Below the pieces are notes generated by a model. The model was not told the origin of the DNA. It searched no databases and saw only the letters and a program-made list of their open reading frames with translations. A program made the translations under genes and the position numbers. Positions 23,801-35,014 of a stretch of DNA of 64,000 nt are shown piece by piece. Within the stretch, counting starts at the first letter, position 1, and the number at the start of each line of letters is the position of its first letter. Source of the stretch: Cetorhinus maximus (lineage: Eukaryota); contig NC_135917.1 in the NCBI RefSeq assembly GCF_964194155.1, positions 1,674,001 through 1,738,000 of the forward strand, written 5' to 3'.

Positions 23801-26800
23801 AATTATCTAAAGTTTCCGCCTGGTTGCAGTACCAGCCTTCTTATTGGAAGCATAGCATCTTTGGATGGTGGGTGACTAATGTTCCCTCTAAACTGTGCGA
23901 GTGTGTGGCCATGCAACAATTGGGAACGAACGTGATATGCAGGGAGCAAACAGGCTGCCCATGAGCAACGTTCCCTTCAAGATGTGTGCATGCATGGCTG
24001 CGCATCAATATTAAAGGAATTGCACAGCGCAACAAGCGCACAGCAAGCAGAAGTTAGGGGGAACAATGTTGAGGGCAGCATTGTGCTCAGCTATGATGGC
24101 CTTCACCATGAGACAGTATGCTGGCACAATCTGTCTAAACTTGCATGAGTAGCTGGTTGGGTGTCCAAAGGCACCCGCCATCCGTGTAACCTAATAATGG
24201 CTCTCAGGGGAACGGGAAGAAAGTTGAGGGACAGTGCGTTCTGCTGTAATTTGCAGCAGGATAAACCCTTGACTCTGTGTTGTCTTTCAGTTCTCTTTGC
24301 AAGGAACTTGATAGGAAAACTAAGGAAGAGCAGGAGAATACAAGTGCTGAGAGTGGTGAGGAACCAGAGATGAAGCGTCGCACCAGAGGTAAATGTATAC
24401 GCACAGTCATGAGTATTCTTTCTTTTATTCCTTCATGGGTGTTGCTGATGAGGCCAGTATTTGTTGCCCAAACCCAATTGCCCTTGTTAAGAATCAACCG
24501 TGTTGCTGTGGGTCTGGAGTCATATGGAGACCACATAAGGATAGATTTCCTTCACTAAAGGACATTAGTAAACCAGATGGATTTTTACAATAAATGGTTT
24601 CATGGTCACCACAACTGAGACTAGCTTTCAATTGCAGATATTTTAAAAATTAATTTGCATTTATTAATTTGAATTTAAATTCCACCAGCTGCCATGGTGG
24701 GATTTGAACCCATGTTATTAGCCTGGGCGTTTGGATTACTAGTCCAGTGACAGTATCATTATGATGCTGTCTCTTGTGTGAGAGCAATCCTTTAGTGCTG
24801 CGGGTCCAGTATATCATCCGATCACTTCTCCTAAAACCATTCATTACCCATCTTTCTGCCCTGAAGGTCCTGATTTCTGCTGGGGCCTCACTCCAAGGGC
24901 TGACTAGCACGTGACTATGTCATCTGAAGTACTGTGTACAGTTTTGGTCTCCTTACTTACGGAGGGATATAATTGCATTGGGAGCAGTTCAGCAAAGGTT
25001 CATTCGACTGATTCCTGGGATGAAAGGGTTGTCTTATGAGGAAAGGTTAATCAGGTTCGACTGATAACTGATTGGAGTTTAGAAGAATGAGGGGTGACCT
25101 TATTGAAACGTATAAGATTCTGAAGGGGTTTGATGGGGTAGATGCTGAGAGGATGTCTTCCCCTTGTGGGGGTATCTAGAACTAGGGGCCGCAGTTTCAG
25201 AATAAGGGGTCTCCCGTTTAAGATGGAGATGAGGGGCAATTTCTTTTGAGGGTCATTAGTCTTTGGAATTCTCTTCCTGAGAGAGCAGTGGAGGCTGGGT
25301 CATTGAATATATTCAAGGCTGAGTTAGACAGATTTTCAATCAACAAGGGAGTCCAGGGTTATGGGGGGGGCAGGCAGGAAAGTGGAGTTATGGTTACAAT
25401 CAGATCAGCCATGATCTTATTGAATGACTGAGCAGGCTCGAATGTCTCAATGGCCTACTCCTGCTCCTATTTCTTATTATCTTATGAAACTGAAGAGAAA
25501 TTGTATGCGATGGAATGCAGTGCATATGGGTGAATAAATTTCTCTGCACTCAGATTATAAGAAAACAAGTCTTCTGGGGCCGATCAAGATTTTTGAACAG
25601 TTTATAGAGAAAATGGAGCAGTCACGAAAAGGACAGCTACTGAAACAGAGTGGTGAGTATCATTCGGGATATTTTACAAAAAATGTTATGGCATGAACTT
25701 GCCAAAATGTGGAGCTTTGAAAAAGCCAATGCAGGTCTAGTAAGTTTTTCCTGGAAAGGACCATTGTTTTTACTGGGAATCTTCTGTTTTTTTTAAAATT
25801 TGGAATGTTTCTGTTTTAGAGTTAAACCATAAGTTTGCTTTGAGTTAAGTCTAGAAGCTTTTCTCAAGAGTGAAGATGTGCTTGAGCTGCGTTTTTTTTT
25901 CATATTTGAATTCTTGTCTTGTACTTGAAATTCAGAAGAATATTGCTTGTGAAGTGACGGACTAGAGGTTTATGCCCTTCCTGAATTATGAAAAAAATGA
26001 AATACACTTATAAGATCAACATTTGATAGTGCTCACCAAATTAATTGCTTTTGGGCTGAAGTGGCTATTATGTAGGCAAACGTCAGTCATTCTGGACCTG
26101 CAGTGTCCCCCCAGCAACAGAGATGAATGGCTGGTCAATCTATTTAGATGGTATTGGCTGAGGGAGTAATGTTGACCAAGATACCTGGGACAGCCCCCTG
26201 CTCTTCAGGGTGGCGTTAAAAGTCTTGACAATTCTTGAGGAGGCAGAAGAGAAATTAGAGGGGGTGGGCGGGAGGTGGCTTAATATCATCTCCAAAGAAT
26301 GGATCCCCAACACGTACAACACTGTCAGAATACTGAACATGACATCTATTTTCTCTGTAAACTGTTCAAAAATCTTGATCGGCCCCAGAAGGCTTCTTTT
26401 CTTTAATCTGAGAGCAGAGAAATTTAAAGGAATTTATTCATCCATATGCACTGCATTCTGCGTCACACTCTTTCTCTTCAGTATTCAGTTTCATAAGATA
26501 ATAAGAAATAGGAGCAGGGGTAGGCCGTTCGGTCCTACACACAGTGCAGTTCACTGCTCAAGTACTGCAACTTCACTCCTAAGCCCTGGAGCCAATACAA
26601 GTGCTGATATCTGAGCAAGAAGTCATTTCTCATAAGGTAGCTATGAGAGGGGAAGCAGGGCAGTTCAAGAGGCGAGTGCGAATTGGGAGAATTTTCAGAA
26701 TTTGGGTGGGGAATAGGGCATGACATGGAGGATTCTTTTCAAAAAAAAATACAGCCAGAAATGAGAAAATTGTTGTATCTGCCACTTTCATTTAAAGGGC

Positions 26801-26861
26801 CTGCTTAATTCATTGTTTAAGCATTTATATATTTTTTCCAGATAGAGGAGGAGATTTTTGA
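5772..26861 (+). CDS. PRIM1: DNA primase small (catalytic) subunit, 13 coding exons, ~414 aa
   Basis: Exons join in frame (1245 nt including stop). They give [30 protein letters not shown], the CC-x5-C-x2-C zinc motif, [13 protein letters not shown] and [26 protein letters not shown]. Confidence 0.97.
6111..6435 (+). mobile_element. tRNA-derived SINE in PRIM1 intron 1
   Basis: A-box-like TGGCATAGTGG and B-box-like GGTTTTGAATCC head. The 3' tail GGGCAATAAATG..GGCCCAGCCAGCGATGCCACATCC is shared with LINE ends in this window. Confidence 0.8.
7548..7705 (+). CDS. PRIM1: PRIM1 coding exon 2
   Basis: [23 protein letters not shown]...[11 protein letters not shown]; AG/GT bounded, 158 nt. Confidence 0.96.
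7838..7930 (-). mobile_element. Short Penelope-terminus repeat with degenerate hammerhead (PRIM1 intron 2)
   Basis: Reverse complement TGATGAAAGGTCACAGACCTGGAACATTAAC...CCACAGATGCTGCC resembles 5350-5430. Confidence 0.7.
8829..8935 (+). CDS. PRIM1: PRIM1 coding exon 3 (catalytic DxD)
   Basis: [35 protein letters not shown]; AG/GT bounded, 107 nt. Confidence 0.96.
9015..9112 (-). mobile_element. Short Penelope-terminus repeat with degenerate hammerhead (PRIM1 intron 3)
   Basis: Reverse complement CTGATGACAGGTCATCGATCCAAAACATTAAC...CAGATGCTGCCAGACCTG. Confidence 0.7.
9823..9896 (+). CDS. PRIM1: PRIM1 coding exon 4
   Basis: [24 protein letters not shown]; AG/GT bounded, 74 nt. Confidence 0.96.
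10878..11014 (+). CDS. PRIM1: PRIM1 coding exon 5
   Basis: [27 protein letters not shown]...EYLSVVK; 137 nt. Confidence 0.96.
11122..11180 (+). CDS. PRIM1: PRIM1 coding exon 6
   Basis: [19 protein letters not shown]; donor GTGAGT; 59 nt. Confidence 0.94.
11290..11692 (+). mobile_element. DeuSINE-type (SacSINE1/AmnSINE-like) SINE
   Basis: tRNA-like head followed by ACAGATTATCTG...GTGGGACCTTGCTGTGCACAAATTGG...CAAAAGTACTTCATTGGCTGTGAAGC, which resembles the Deu-domain as I recall it. Confidence 0.7.
11896..12558. mobile_element. Non-autonomous DNA transposon (MITE) with imperfect terminal inverted repeats
   Basis: GGGCCAGGATTTTAC at the left and GAAAAATTCAGACC at the right, with subterminal GGGCGGGC/GCCCGCCC. 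CpG-rich arms surround an AT-rich centre. Superfamily uncertain (Harbinger-like ends). Confidence 0.6.
13061..13170 (+). CDS. PRIM1: PRIM1 coding exon 7 (followed by U12 donor ATATCCTTT)
   Basis: [36 protein letters not shown]; 110 nt. Confidence 0.93.
13348..14570 (-). mobile_element. CR1-type LINE 3' fragment, internally expanded into a minisatellite
   Basis: The flanks 13348-13490 and 14497-14570 and the repeat unit are colinear with the CR1 3' end at 20440-20710. Confidence 0.75.
13492..14496. repeat. Minisatellite, ~18 x 56 bp
   Basis: Unit GCCTCGATTGA(A/C)CCTG(C/T)CTCC(A/C)CCACACTCTCAGGCAGCGCATTCCAGA(T/C)CCTAAC recurs at 13548, 13604, 13660 and onward. One unit (13996) is 53 bp. Confidence 0.97.
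15310..17155 (-). mobile_element. LINE family B fragment (15310-15577 and 16503-17155) interrupted by a CR1 fragment (15578-16502)
   Basis: The junction TGCTGCC|CTTGTCC is contiguous in the copy at ~42320. The insert encodes [36 protein letters not shown], a CR1 ORF2 tail. Confidence 0.85.
17622..17698 (+). CDS. PRIM1: PRIM1 coding exon 8 (preceded by AC acceptor)
   Basis: [26 protein letters not shown] aligns to human ELQQSFQKSHNSLQRW; donor GTAAGT at 17699. Confidence 0.9.
18708..18828 (+). CDS. PRIM1: PRIM1 coding exon 9
   Basis: [40 protein letters not shown]; 121 nt. Confidence 0.94.
19910..19979 (+). CDS. PRIM1: PRIM1 coding exon 10
   Basis: [23 protein letters not shown]; 70 nt. Confidence 0.96.
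20425..22425 (-). mobile_element. CR1-type LINE, 5'-truncated (ORF2 RT region)
   Basis: [27 protein letters not shown] (21103-21430) and [40 protein letters not shown] (20503-20925). Confidence 0.92.
22920..23772 (+). mobile_element. LINE family B fragment with internal deletions
   Basis: [52 protein letters not shown]; ends in CCCACATCC..ATGAATGAAAAAAA. Confidence 0.88.
23877..24068. mobile_element. Small MITE, possibly hAT-type
   Basis: Inverted termini TGTTCCCTCTAA / TTAGGGGGAACA. No target-site duplication recognised. Confidence 0.5.
24291..24388 (+). CDS. PRIM1: PRIM1 coding exon 11
   Basis: [32 protein letters not shown]; 98 nt. Confidence 0.93.
24920..25488 (+). mobile_element. CR1-type LINE 3' fragment
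   Basis: Encodes [14 protein letters not shown] and [25 protein letters not shown], with a typical AATGGCCTACTCCTGCTCCTATTTCTTAT tail. Confidence 0.88.
25554..25652 (+). CDS. PRIM1: PRIM1 coding exon 12
   Basis: [33 protein letters not shown]; 99 nt; donor GTGAGT. Confidence 0.95.
26842..26861 (+). CDS. PRIM1: PRIM1 last coding exon
   Basis: TTTTTTCCAG acceptor, then DRGGDF-TGA in the right phase (human ends DLQKDF). Confidence 0.82.
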
Positions 26862-27959
26862 TGTCGGCAATGAGTGGGTTCCTTTTTCCAAAGGCATTTT
26901 GGCGTATGTTGTCTTGAATCATCAGATTGTAAAACCTGGAACCAGTGACTGCCTTCTGGACTTCACTTCCGTAGCTGCAGTGAAGATTTAAATGTTCTTC
27001 GTGGTATACCAAATTGCATTTTATCAGCTCTGAACAGCCTTCAACTGAGAAAGCCAGTGGAATACTTGTTTCAGACTTCCTACCTGAGGTTTTTGTGTAA
27101 TCATTTTGTATCTAATAGCAGCTATTTATATACATATGTGTGTATGTATATATATATATATTATATATATTGCTACTTTGTCTCTAAGATCCCTTTTATT
27201 TTTCTTATGGATTCCTGCTTGCCTTGTGGTTAATCAGGATCAATTAGATCACAAGTCACACTTCACAACAAACGCGAGGCAAAAATGACACCTGAAATGT
27301 TTAAGGTGAAGCAGCTTAAAAGCATTTAAAAGTTCAAACAAAATTTAACCAATCTGAAGTAACAACTATTTCAAGAGTAGTGTGTCTAACTGAAACTATA
27401 ATTAAATTGTAGGCATGAATTTTGTAATTAAGGTGGAGGTCAAGCCAAGGACCCTGGGGAACGAGGGATTCAAGAGTAAGTCCAGAGAGAGGCCTGAAAA
27501 GAGAGGGTTTTGGTCATTAGCAATGCCATTGGAGACTATTTAATCTATAAATTAACTAACCAGTTATTTGTTGATTTTTTTTTTTACTATCAATCTTCGT
27601 TTTCTTCCCTTGATGTAAACCTAGCAGTAGGTTTTATTTTACATTGACTCGACCTACACATCAGCTTTTAAAAATTGTGTTGGAAATGCTGAGTTCTCCT
27701 AATGACTCAATTGGTAAATGTACTTGCCAAGGTATTGAGACATGGAGACAGTAAGGTCCCAGATTTGATCCTTGACCTTTGTTGACTCAAGTATCTCAAT
27801 TGGGGCAGCAGTACAACTCACTATTCTCCAAACATCAGAGAATGCCTGCAGTGTTCCTTCTCCACTCTCCAAGCTGTTCCTTTAACATCCAGCCACTGCC
27901 CTTAACTCCTATGTCATGAGGTTATTCTGGGCTGGCTGTATGGGAAGGGTGGAACCCCC

Positions 27960-28925
27960 ATAGAGACATAGGACAATCAGCCTCTTGAGCCTGTTCCAAC
28001 TTCATTTGTGTCGTGGCTGATCTGTACCTCAACTCCATTTGCCTGCCTTTGCTCTAAATCACTTGATAGCCTTGCCTAACTAAATATCAATCAATCTTTC
28101 TCTGTATTTATTCTATGGAAACCTTTAATGATTTTAAATAGCTTTATTAGATCACCATTCATCCTTCCAAACCAAAGGTAATACAAGGCAAGTTTATGCC
28201 ACCCTTTAAGTGCTGGTATAATTTTGGTGAATGTGATGTACTCTTTCCAAGGCCAATATCTCCTCTGAGGTTCAGTGCCCAAAACTGAACACAGCACTGC
28301 AGGTGGAGTCTTGCCAAGGCTCTGTAAACTACAGCATCTCTTCCTCACTTTTGAATTCCAGTACCCTTGAGATAAAGGCTAACATTCCATTAGCCTCTTT
28401 TGATTGCCTTTCGTACTATGTACTTAGTGATTTGTGAACCTGGACACCCAAACTACAGCTTCATTACAGCATCGGTGGTGACCATTTGGCCCCTCATGTC
28501 TGTGCTGGCACTCTTGTAGAGTGATCCACCTAATACTACTCCATCTTTTCCCCATAACCCTGCAAGTTTGTCCAAGTTTCAGATAATGATCCAGTTATTC
28601 CTTTTTGAATGTCATGTTTGAATCTGCCTCTGCCAGATCTTAACTACGCACTCCACTTTAAAAAAAATTTCCTTGTCACCATTGCTGCTTCTGTCAATTA
28701 GCTTAAATCAATACCCTCTGGCTCAGTCCATCCACCAATGGATTCTCTCTATTTACTGTCCAGACCCCCTCATGATTTTGAATACCTCAAATCTCCTCTC
28801 AGCCTTCTCTTGTCCACACCTCCCTGTCTCTCACCATAAAGAAAATATTCTAATTTGCTTTTCTCAGATCCAAAGTGGATAACCTCACATTTCCCCATCT
28901 TGAATTCCATCTGCCGTAGTGTCCT
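27960..28925 (-). mobile_element. Old CR1-type LINE fragments
   Basis: Minus strand RMNGDLIKLFKIIKG. Two decayed 3' ends similar to 20440-20950. Confidence 0.65.
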
Positions 28926-29627
28926 TCTGTTTATATTCCCCACCTGTTTCTTTTAATACATATAGAGTGGAAATGATTAGTTCCTGGAGATTTATCTAAT
29001 GTCCCATTATTTTGTGCATTTTTAAAAAAAAACTTGTTGTAAATGAGGAACATTGTTAATTTAATACATTATGTTCCCTTATACCTCAATGTTTTTATGC
29101 TTGTGCATGAAGACTAGCCACTTGGGCAAAGGACTAGAGAACTACTGGCATCTGGACCCATACCCCAGTCAGAATCAGCATCTTCAAGAACTGGGGTGCA
29201 GAATTGGAAAAAAGAAACATTGAGGGTCGACGGTGAATTGTACAAGAGACTGACTGAAAATGTGTACTTTGGAAAACTGCAAGGCCATTTTGCTTGAACA
29301 ATCAGGCAGTCCATTGAACAGATACCTGCAGTGTCTATTGCCAGCTAATGTCAGGCAGCATATCTATTCAACAAGGACCTATTTTTATTCTGCATAAGCT
29401 AGTTTTTGATTACTTATTTTGCATTGGGCTTTTTGGTTGCAATCTAGTTTGGAGGCTCATTAAACTGAAAGGTGGCATTCAGTACATGGTAAAGGAGACT
29501 AAACAAAACTAAAATGCTGCAGATGCTGGAAATCCTGAAACGAGAACAAAATATGTTGCAAAAACTGGGTCAGGCAGCATATGTGGAGAGAAACAGAGCC
29601 AATGTTTCAAGTCGATGATGCTACCTG

Positions 29628-30402
29628 TGTTATGACACAGCAGTTGGTAAAGGCTGAGTTATTTAAAATCCCAGAGGGAAACTTTAAACAATTGTCATAA
29701 CTTATATTTTCAATTGGTATGTTTGAGATGCAGCTCTGAATTCAGAAATGAAATTACTAAGCCTCCAGAAGTTTAATATAAATTAAATAAAATTTAACAA
29801 ATTTAAACACATACACATGTCTACAAATCACTACCATAATAACTTTTAAACAATTCCCCAAATTAAATCACTCCCAGATAATCTCCAAGGCAACAATAAC
29901 CCATAGACTTAGACACCAGGCAAGGCACATTTTATCTTATGAATTCAAAATGAGGTTCCTTTCAATTTGGTCCTTCATAGCCAGTACTAAGGTTTACAGG
30001 CTGCTTCGATATTACATACCTGATTCAGACACAACCTTTTTTCTATATATACCTAGCCTTCCCTTTGAATGTAAATTCTCATTGTATCACCAAGGCCCTT
30101 TGAACTCCACCTCTAACAATAAAGTCTCTTTCATAGTACCAATTTTATTAGTAATATAAACATATTGCTTGGTGTCTCCTAGCTAGGTGCAAGCTTTCAC
30201 CTTCAGTCTTTGAATGGTTTATTCAACAAAATGCAAATGTAACCTATACCTTACTATTTAACATCTCAAAACTATTATACAATCAAAGCATCCAAACTAG
30301 CTGGCTTTGATCTAATCTAATTAATGCGCACACAGCCACAGGCCCTATTAAAAGTCTAATTTAAAATAATTTACAATATTATATACTTTAATATCTTTGA
30401 CA
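29628..30402 (-). repeat. 3' LTR (~775 bp)
   Basis: Colinear, visibly diverged copy of 31945-32712; adjacent to the PPT. Confidence 0.9.
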
Positions 30403-31944
30403 TCCCCTCCCTATTGAAAAATGAACCATCAATTCAAAAAGATGGCTTCATTTTTTAATAACCCGTCTCACTATCAGACATATATACACAAGTCCTTAGT
30501 ATCAACAGAAACTCAGTTCAGTGTCCAGGTTTTCCTTAAAACATCCAATTTTCTTTTAAGTTTCAAACTCATGCTAATGCATCCGTGAACAGATTCTTTG
30601 TACCAGCAACATGTATAATCCATAGATTAAATGGTTGTAATAGACTCCACCTGAAACTTTTGTCCTGAAACTCTTGCACTTTTGTCTCAATTTATCCAAA
30701 AGCTTCAAAGGATTGTGGTCTGTACAAAATAATTGTTTTATGAATCGTTGGCAACAAATTTCAAAATACTGCAATGCTAACACCAAACCCAAGGTCTCTT
30801 TCGATATTGAATATTCTGTTGTACATTCAACTTCCATAAAAAATATCCTATTGGTTTTTCAATTCCAGTTATCTTGTAACAGTACACAGCCCCAATGTCT
30901 ATATTGCTTGTGTCAACAAGCGAACTTGAATTACTTGGCATTATTGGGTACTGCCAAAACTGGTTGTGTAGTTAATACAGTTTTCAAGCTATCAAATGAC
31001 TTCTGACACTCAAGTGTCCATTGAAACTTCTTGTTTTTTTAAAAGAAATAGTTCAATCGGTGGAACAACCACACTGCTAAAATTTGGTACAAATTTCCAT
31101 TAAAACCCACTCATGCCCAGAAATCTCAAAACTTCTTGTTTTGTTGTAGGCACTCATGCACTCAAATTAGCCTTTTTCACCACATTATAATTCACCAATA
31201 CCTCTTCAGACAAAGCATATACTTCTTATGCCCTACCCAGCAACTTAAGACTAATAATAACGTCCAGTTTTCCTGTAGCCATTTCATCTGTTTAACTATC
31301 TTCTCAAAGGAAAAAACACATCTTTTTCCTCAAACTTTGGAAGAGTTTGTACAAATCTAAACATCTCCCCACTGGGTTTCTTTAAACGTTTTTTCATCAT
31401 CAGAACTCTCCTCCGAATCAAAGATCTTTTTTAGAATTCCTGCTTAAAAGGCTGGAAGTTTTCTCTGCCTGAAATTCCAGTTCCAGCTTCCTTTCTTTCT
31501 CCTGCCTTTCTGCTTGCTCCCTCTTAAAAGCAATTTCTTTGCTTCGAATTCAAGTTTTCAGTTCCTTTGCTTGGTCAAGTTCAAGCTTCTTCATTTCAAA
31601 CTGAAGTCTCACTACCTCCAACTGTGACTCACAAGTGTCAGGTATCATTTCCAACTTCAAATGCTGCGCTATACTTCTACTTGCTTTCTTAGCCCCCCCC
31701 CCCCCCCTTGCAGGTAACCCAAATTTTTAGTATCTGCTAACTCTCAACTTACTCTTGGTTATTTTTTGTAACCCAGAGTTATATCTTCTACTCCCAGACA
31801 TGTCTTAGCAGTTGCCAAAACCATTTTGCAGTCTCGCCACTTCTAAAAATCTCACCAACTCCTGAACTCAAAATGCTTCTTGTATTCAACCGCAAGATTC
31901 ACTAATCAAGAAATTAGAAATATTATCCTGGACAAACCCCTGAT

Positions 31945-32712
31945 TGTTATGACAGCAGTTGGTAAAGGCTGAGTTATTTAAAACTCCAGAGGGAAACTTT
32001 AAACAACTGTCATAACCTATATTTTCAATTTGTATGTTTGCGATGCAGCTCTGAATTCAGAATTGAAACCACCAAGCCGTGAGGTTTTTTTTTATTAAAA
32101 ATTTATTTACAACAAATTTAAACACATAGCTACAAATTACTACCATAGTAACTTTTAAACAATTCCCCAAATCACTCCTAGGTAATCTTCCTGAAGGCAA
32201 CAATAACCCATAGACTTAGACACCAGGCAAGGCACATTTTATCTTATGAATTCAAAATGAGGTTGCTTTCAATTTGGTCCTTCACAGCCAGTGCTAAGGT
32301 TTACAGGCTGCTTCAATAATACATACCTGACTCGAACACAACCCTTTTTCTGTATATACCTAGCCTTCCCTTTGAATGTAAGTACTCATTGCATCACCAG
32401 GCCTTTTGAATTCCACCTCTAACAATAAAACCCCTTTCGTAGTACCAGTTTTATTAGTAATATAAACATATTGCTTGGTGTCTCTTAGCTAGGTGCAAGA
32501 TCTCACCCCCTAGTCTTCATATGGTTTATTCAACAAAATGCAAATGAACCCTGTACCTTGCTGTTTAACATCTCTAAACTTACCATACATCAAAGCACCC
32601 AGACTAGCTGGCTCTAATCCAATTAAGACACACTCACTCACAGACAGACCCTACTACAAATAAACCCCACTAAAATAATTTTCAAATAATGTACATTAAT
32701 ATCTTCATGACA
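31945..32712 (-). repeat. 5' LTR (~768 bp)
   Basis: Colinear copy of 29628-30402; adjacent to the PBS. Confidence 0.9.
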
Positions 32713-32904
32713 GTTTTTCCAGCATTTTTTTGTTCTTGAAACTATTCTAAATATAGTTAAGGTAGGTATGGTCTTCCAGGATTTACATTCAATCATGGGA
32801 CAAGGGAGAGGGGTGTCACAGAACTATTATGTTAGTGCAGGACTTTGAAAAATAATTATTCAGAATGAAATAATTTTACACACTTTAATCAGTTAGCTTA
32901 TATA

Positions 32905-33728
32905 ATATAAAAACAGAAAATGCTGGAAAAACACAGGTCTGACAGCATCTGTGGAGAGAAGAACAGTTAATGTTTTGAGTCCATATGACCTTCAGAGCTT
33001 CAAGGCCCCAAACACTCCTTTCAGGTGAAGGAGCACTTCACTTGCACCCCCTTCAATTTGGTCTACTGCGTTTGCTGCTCCCAATGCAGCCTCCTCTACA
33101 TTGGGGTTACGAAAAGGTAGACTGCTTTGTGGAACCCCTTCAGTCTGGCCACAAGCATGACCCACACCTTCCCATCGCTTGCCATTTTAACACACCATCC
33201 TGCTCTCATGTCCGTCCTTGGCCTGCTGCAATGTTGCAGTGAAGCCCAACGCAAACTGGAGGAACAGCACCTCATCTTCCGATTTGGCACTTTACAGCCT
33301 TCGGACTCAAACATGGAGTTCAACAACTTCAGACCATGAACTCTATCTTCACCCCTTAAATGTATTTTTATTTTTTATCTACTTATTTTTATTCATTTAT
33401 CCCTTTTTCTATCCTTCCCCCCCAAAAAAAAGGGCTGTTACTTGTTCCATGTTGATCTTTCACAGAGTACTGACCCTTGTTCTGCTATTAACACATTGCT
33501 TTCTTACCTTTATGCCACAATCAGCACCTTCTTTAGCCCTTACTACTCCCATTAACACTCTTTTTGTGCATGATGTATTTGTCAATCTCCTTAGCCTCCA
33601 CTGCTCTGAAGAGTCATATGGACTTGAAATGTTAACTTTGTTTCTCTCTCCACAGATGTCAGATCTTCTGAGTTTTTCCATAATTGTGTTTATTTCAGAT
33701 GTGCAGGATCCACAGTATTTTGTGTTAA
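32905..33728 (+). mobile_element. 5'-truncated Penelope-like element with inverted hammerhead-bearing termini
   Basis: 33001-33339 matches the GIY-YIG tail at 4598-4951 (RKLEEQHLIFRFGTLQP). 32905-32998 is the reverse complement of 33603-33700. Confidence 0.88.
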
Positions 33729-34118
33729 TAGATCAGCTGATTGACACAGCCAATACACAGGTTACCAGTGACAGAATTCAAGATCTATGGAATGATCCAT
33801 ATTTATCACACTTTGAAGCCCAGTTTCTGTGGCAGTGTTTAAAACTGAATGAAGAACTGCTTTACTGAGAAAACTATAGAAACTTGAGTCTGAGATTAAT
33901 TGGATATGGCGCAGCAGTAGCCTTCCCAAGTGTGCAATAAATCTTGTGAAAGCAATTTCTGCTTCCAAATACAGTCAAGTGGTCTTTACTGTGACATACC
34001 ACAGACTTTGTTCAGGCATCTCTTAAATGAGAAATTACATGAAATATTGCTGCCTTTAATGTGTGCTTGTTGTGAGCCTCTTAAAAGCTTTAGAAAATGG
34101 GCATTGGACACTGGTCAG

Positions 34119-34722
34119 TGTCAAGCTTCTTGTGTTGTTGGAGCTGCACTCATCCAGACAAGTGGAGAGTATTCCATCACACTCCTGACTTGTAGATGGT
34201 GGACAAGGCACAAGTCAGGAGTGTGATGGAATACTCTCCACTTGCCTACATGATCGCAACTCCAACAACACAAGCTTAACACCATCCAGGACAAAGCAAC
34301 CCACTTGATTGGCACCACATCCACAAACATTCATTCCCTCCATCACCAACACACAGTAGCAGCAGTGTGTACCACCTACAAGATGCACTGCAGGAATTCA
34401 CCAGAGCTCCTTAGACAGCACCTTCCAAACCCACCACCACCATCATCTAGAAGGACAAGGGTAGCAGATAGATGGGAATATCATCACCTGGAAGTTCACC
34501 TCCAAGTCACTCACCATCCTGAGTGGAAAATATATTGTTCCTTCACTTGTCACGGTCAAAATCCTGGAACTCCCTCCCTAACAGCACTGTGGGTGTACCT
34601 ACACCACATGGACTGCAGCAGCTCAAGGCGGCAGCTCGCCACCACCTCACGGGCAACTAGGGATGGGCAATAAATGCTGGCCCAGCCAGTGAAGCCCACA
34701 TCCTGTGAATAAAAAAAAGAGA
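34119..34722 (+). mobile_element. LINE family B 3' fragment with fold-back duplication at its 5' end
   Basis: 3' tail GGGATGGGCAATAAATGCTGGCCCAGCC...poly(A). 34119-34193 is inverted relative to 34210-34281. Confidence 0.87.
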
Positions 34723-35014
34723 AAAAAACTTTTATAGTTCAAGTAGAATTTTGATTTGATCTCTACTAGTACCCAAATTAGCCTCAGACTTGCAGTCTCA
34801 GATTTCCCAGTTGTTTAGTAAAGTTATTCAAGCTCCATAGTGCAAGACACCATCAAATTGATGGAACGAAGGAAATAGCTAACATCTTGCTTGGGTTTTT
34901 AAATGTAGATTGTAGAAAAGGAAGGGAAGGGATTCCACAATATTGAGTTAATGGGAAAGAATGAGCAAGAGCAGATGCTACAGTGAAACTTGGGTTCAAG
35001 CACAGTGAAGCTGC

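Larger units (their letters stand above)
29628..32712 (-). mobile_element. Internally deleted LTR retrotransposon (Gypsy superfamily, Gmr1-like layout), both LTRs present
   Basis: Direct repeats at 29628-30402 and 31945-32712 with TGTTATGA...TGACA ends. Minus-strand PPT AGGGAGGGGA (30403-30412) and degenerate tRNA-Pro PBS (~31925-31942). RNase H remnants KETLGLVLALQYFE..TDHNPL..HVAGTKNLFTDAL. Confidence 0.9.

Noticed and set aside
26862-27660. PRIM1 polyadenylation site
   Set aside because: No AATAAA seen. ATTAAA at ~27401 is possible but unsupported, so the 3' end was not called.
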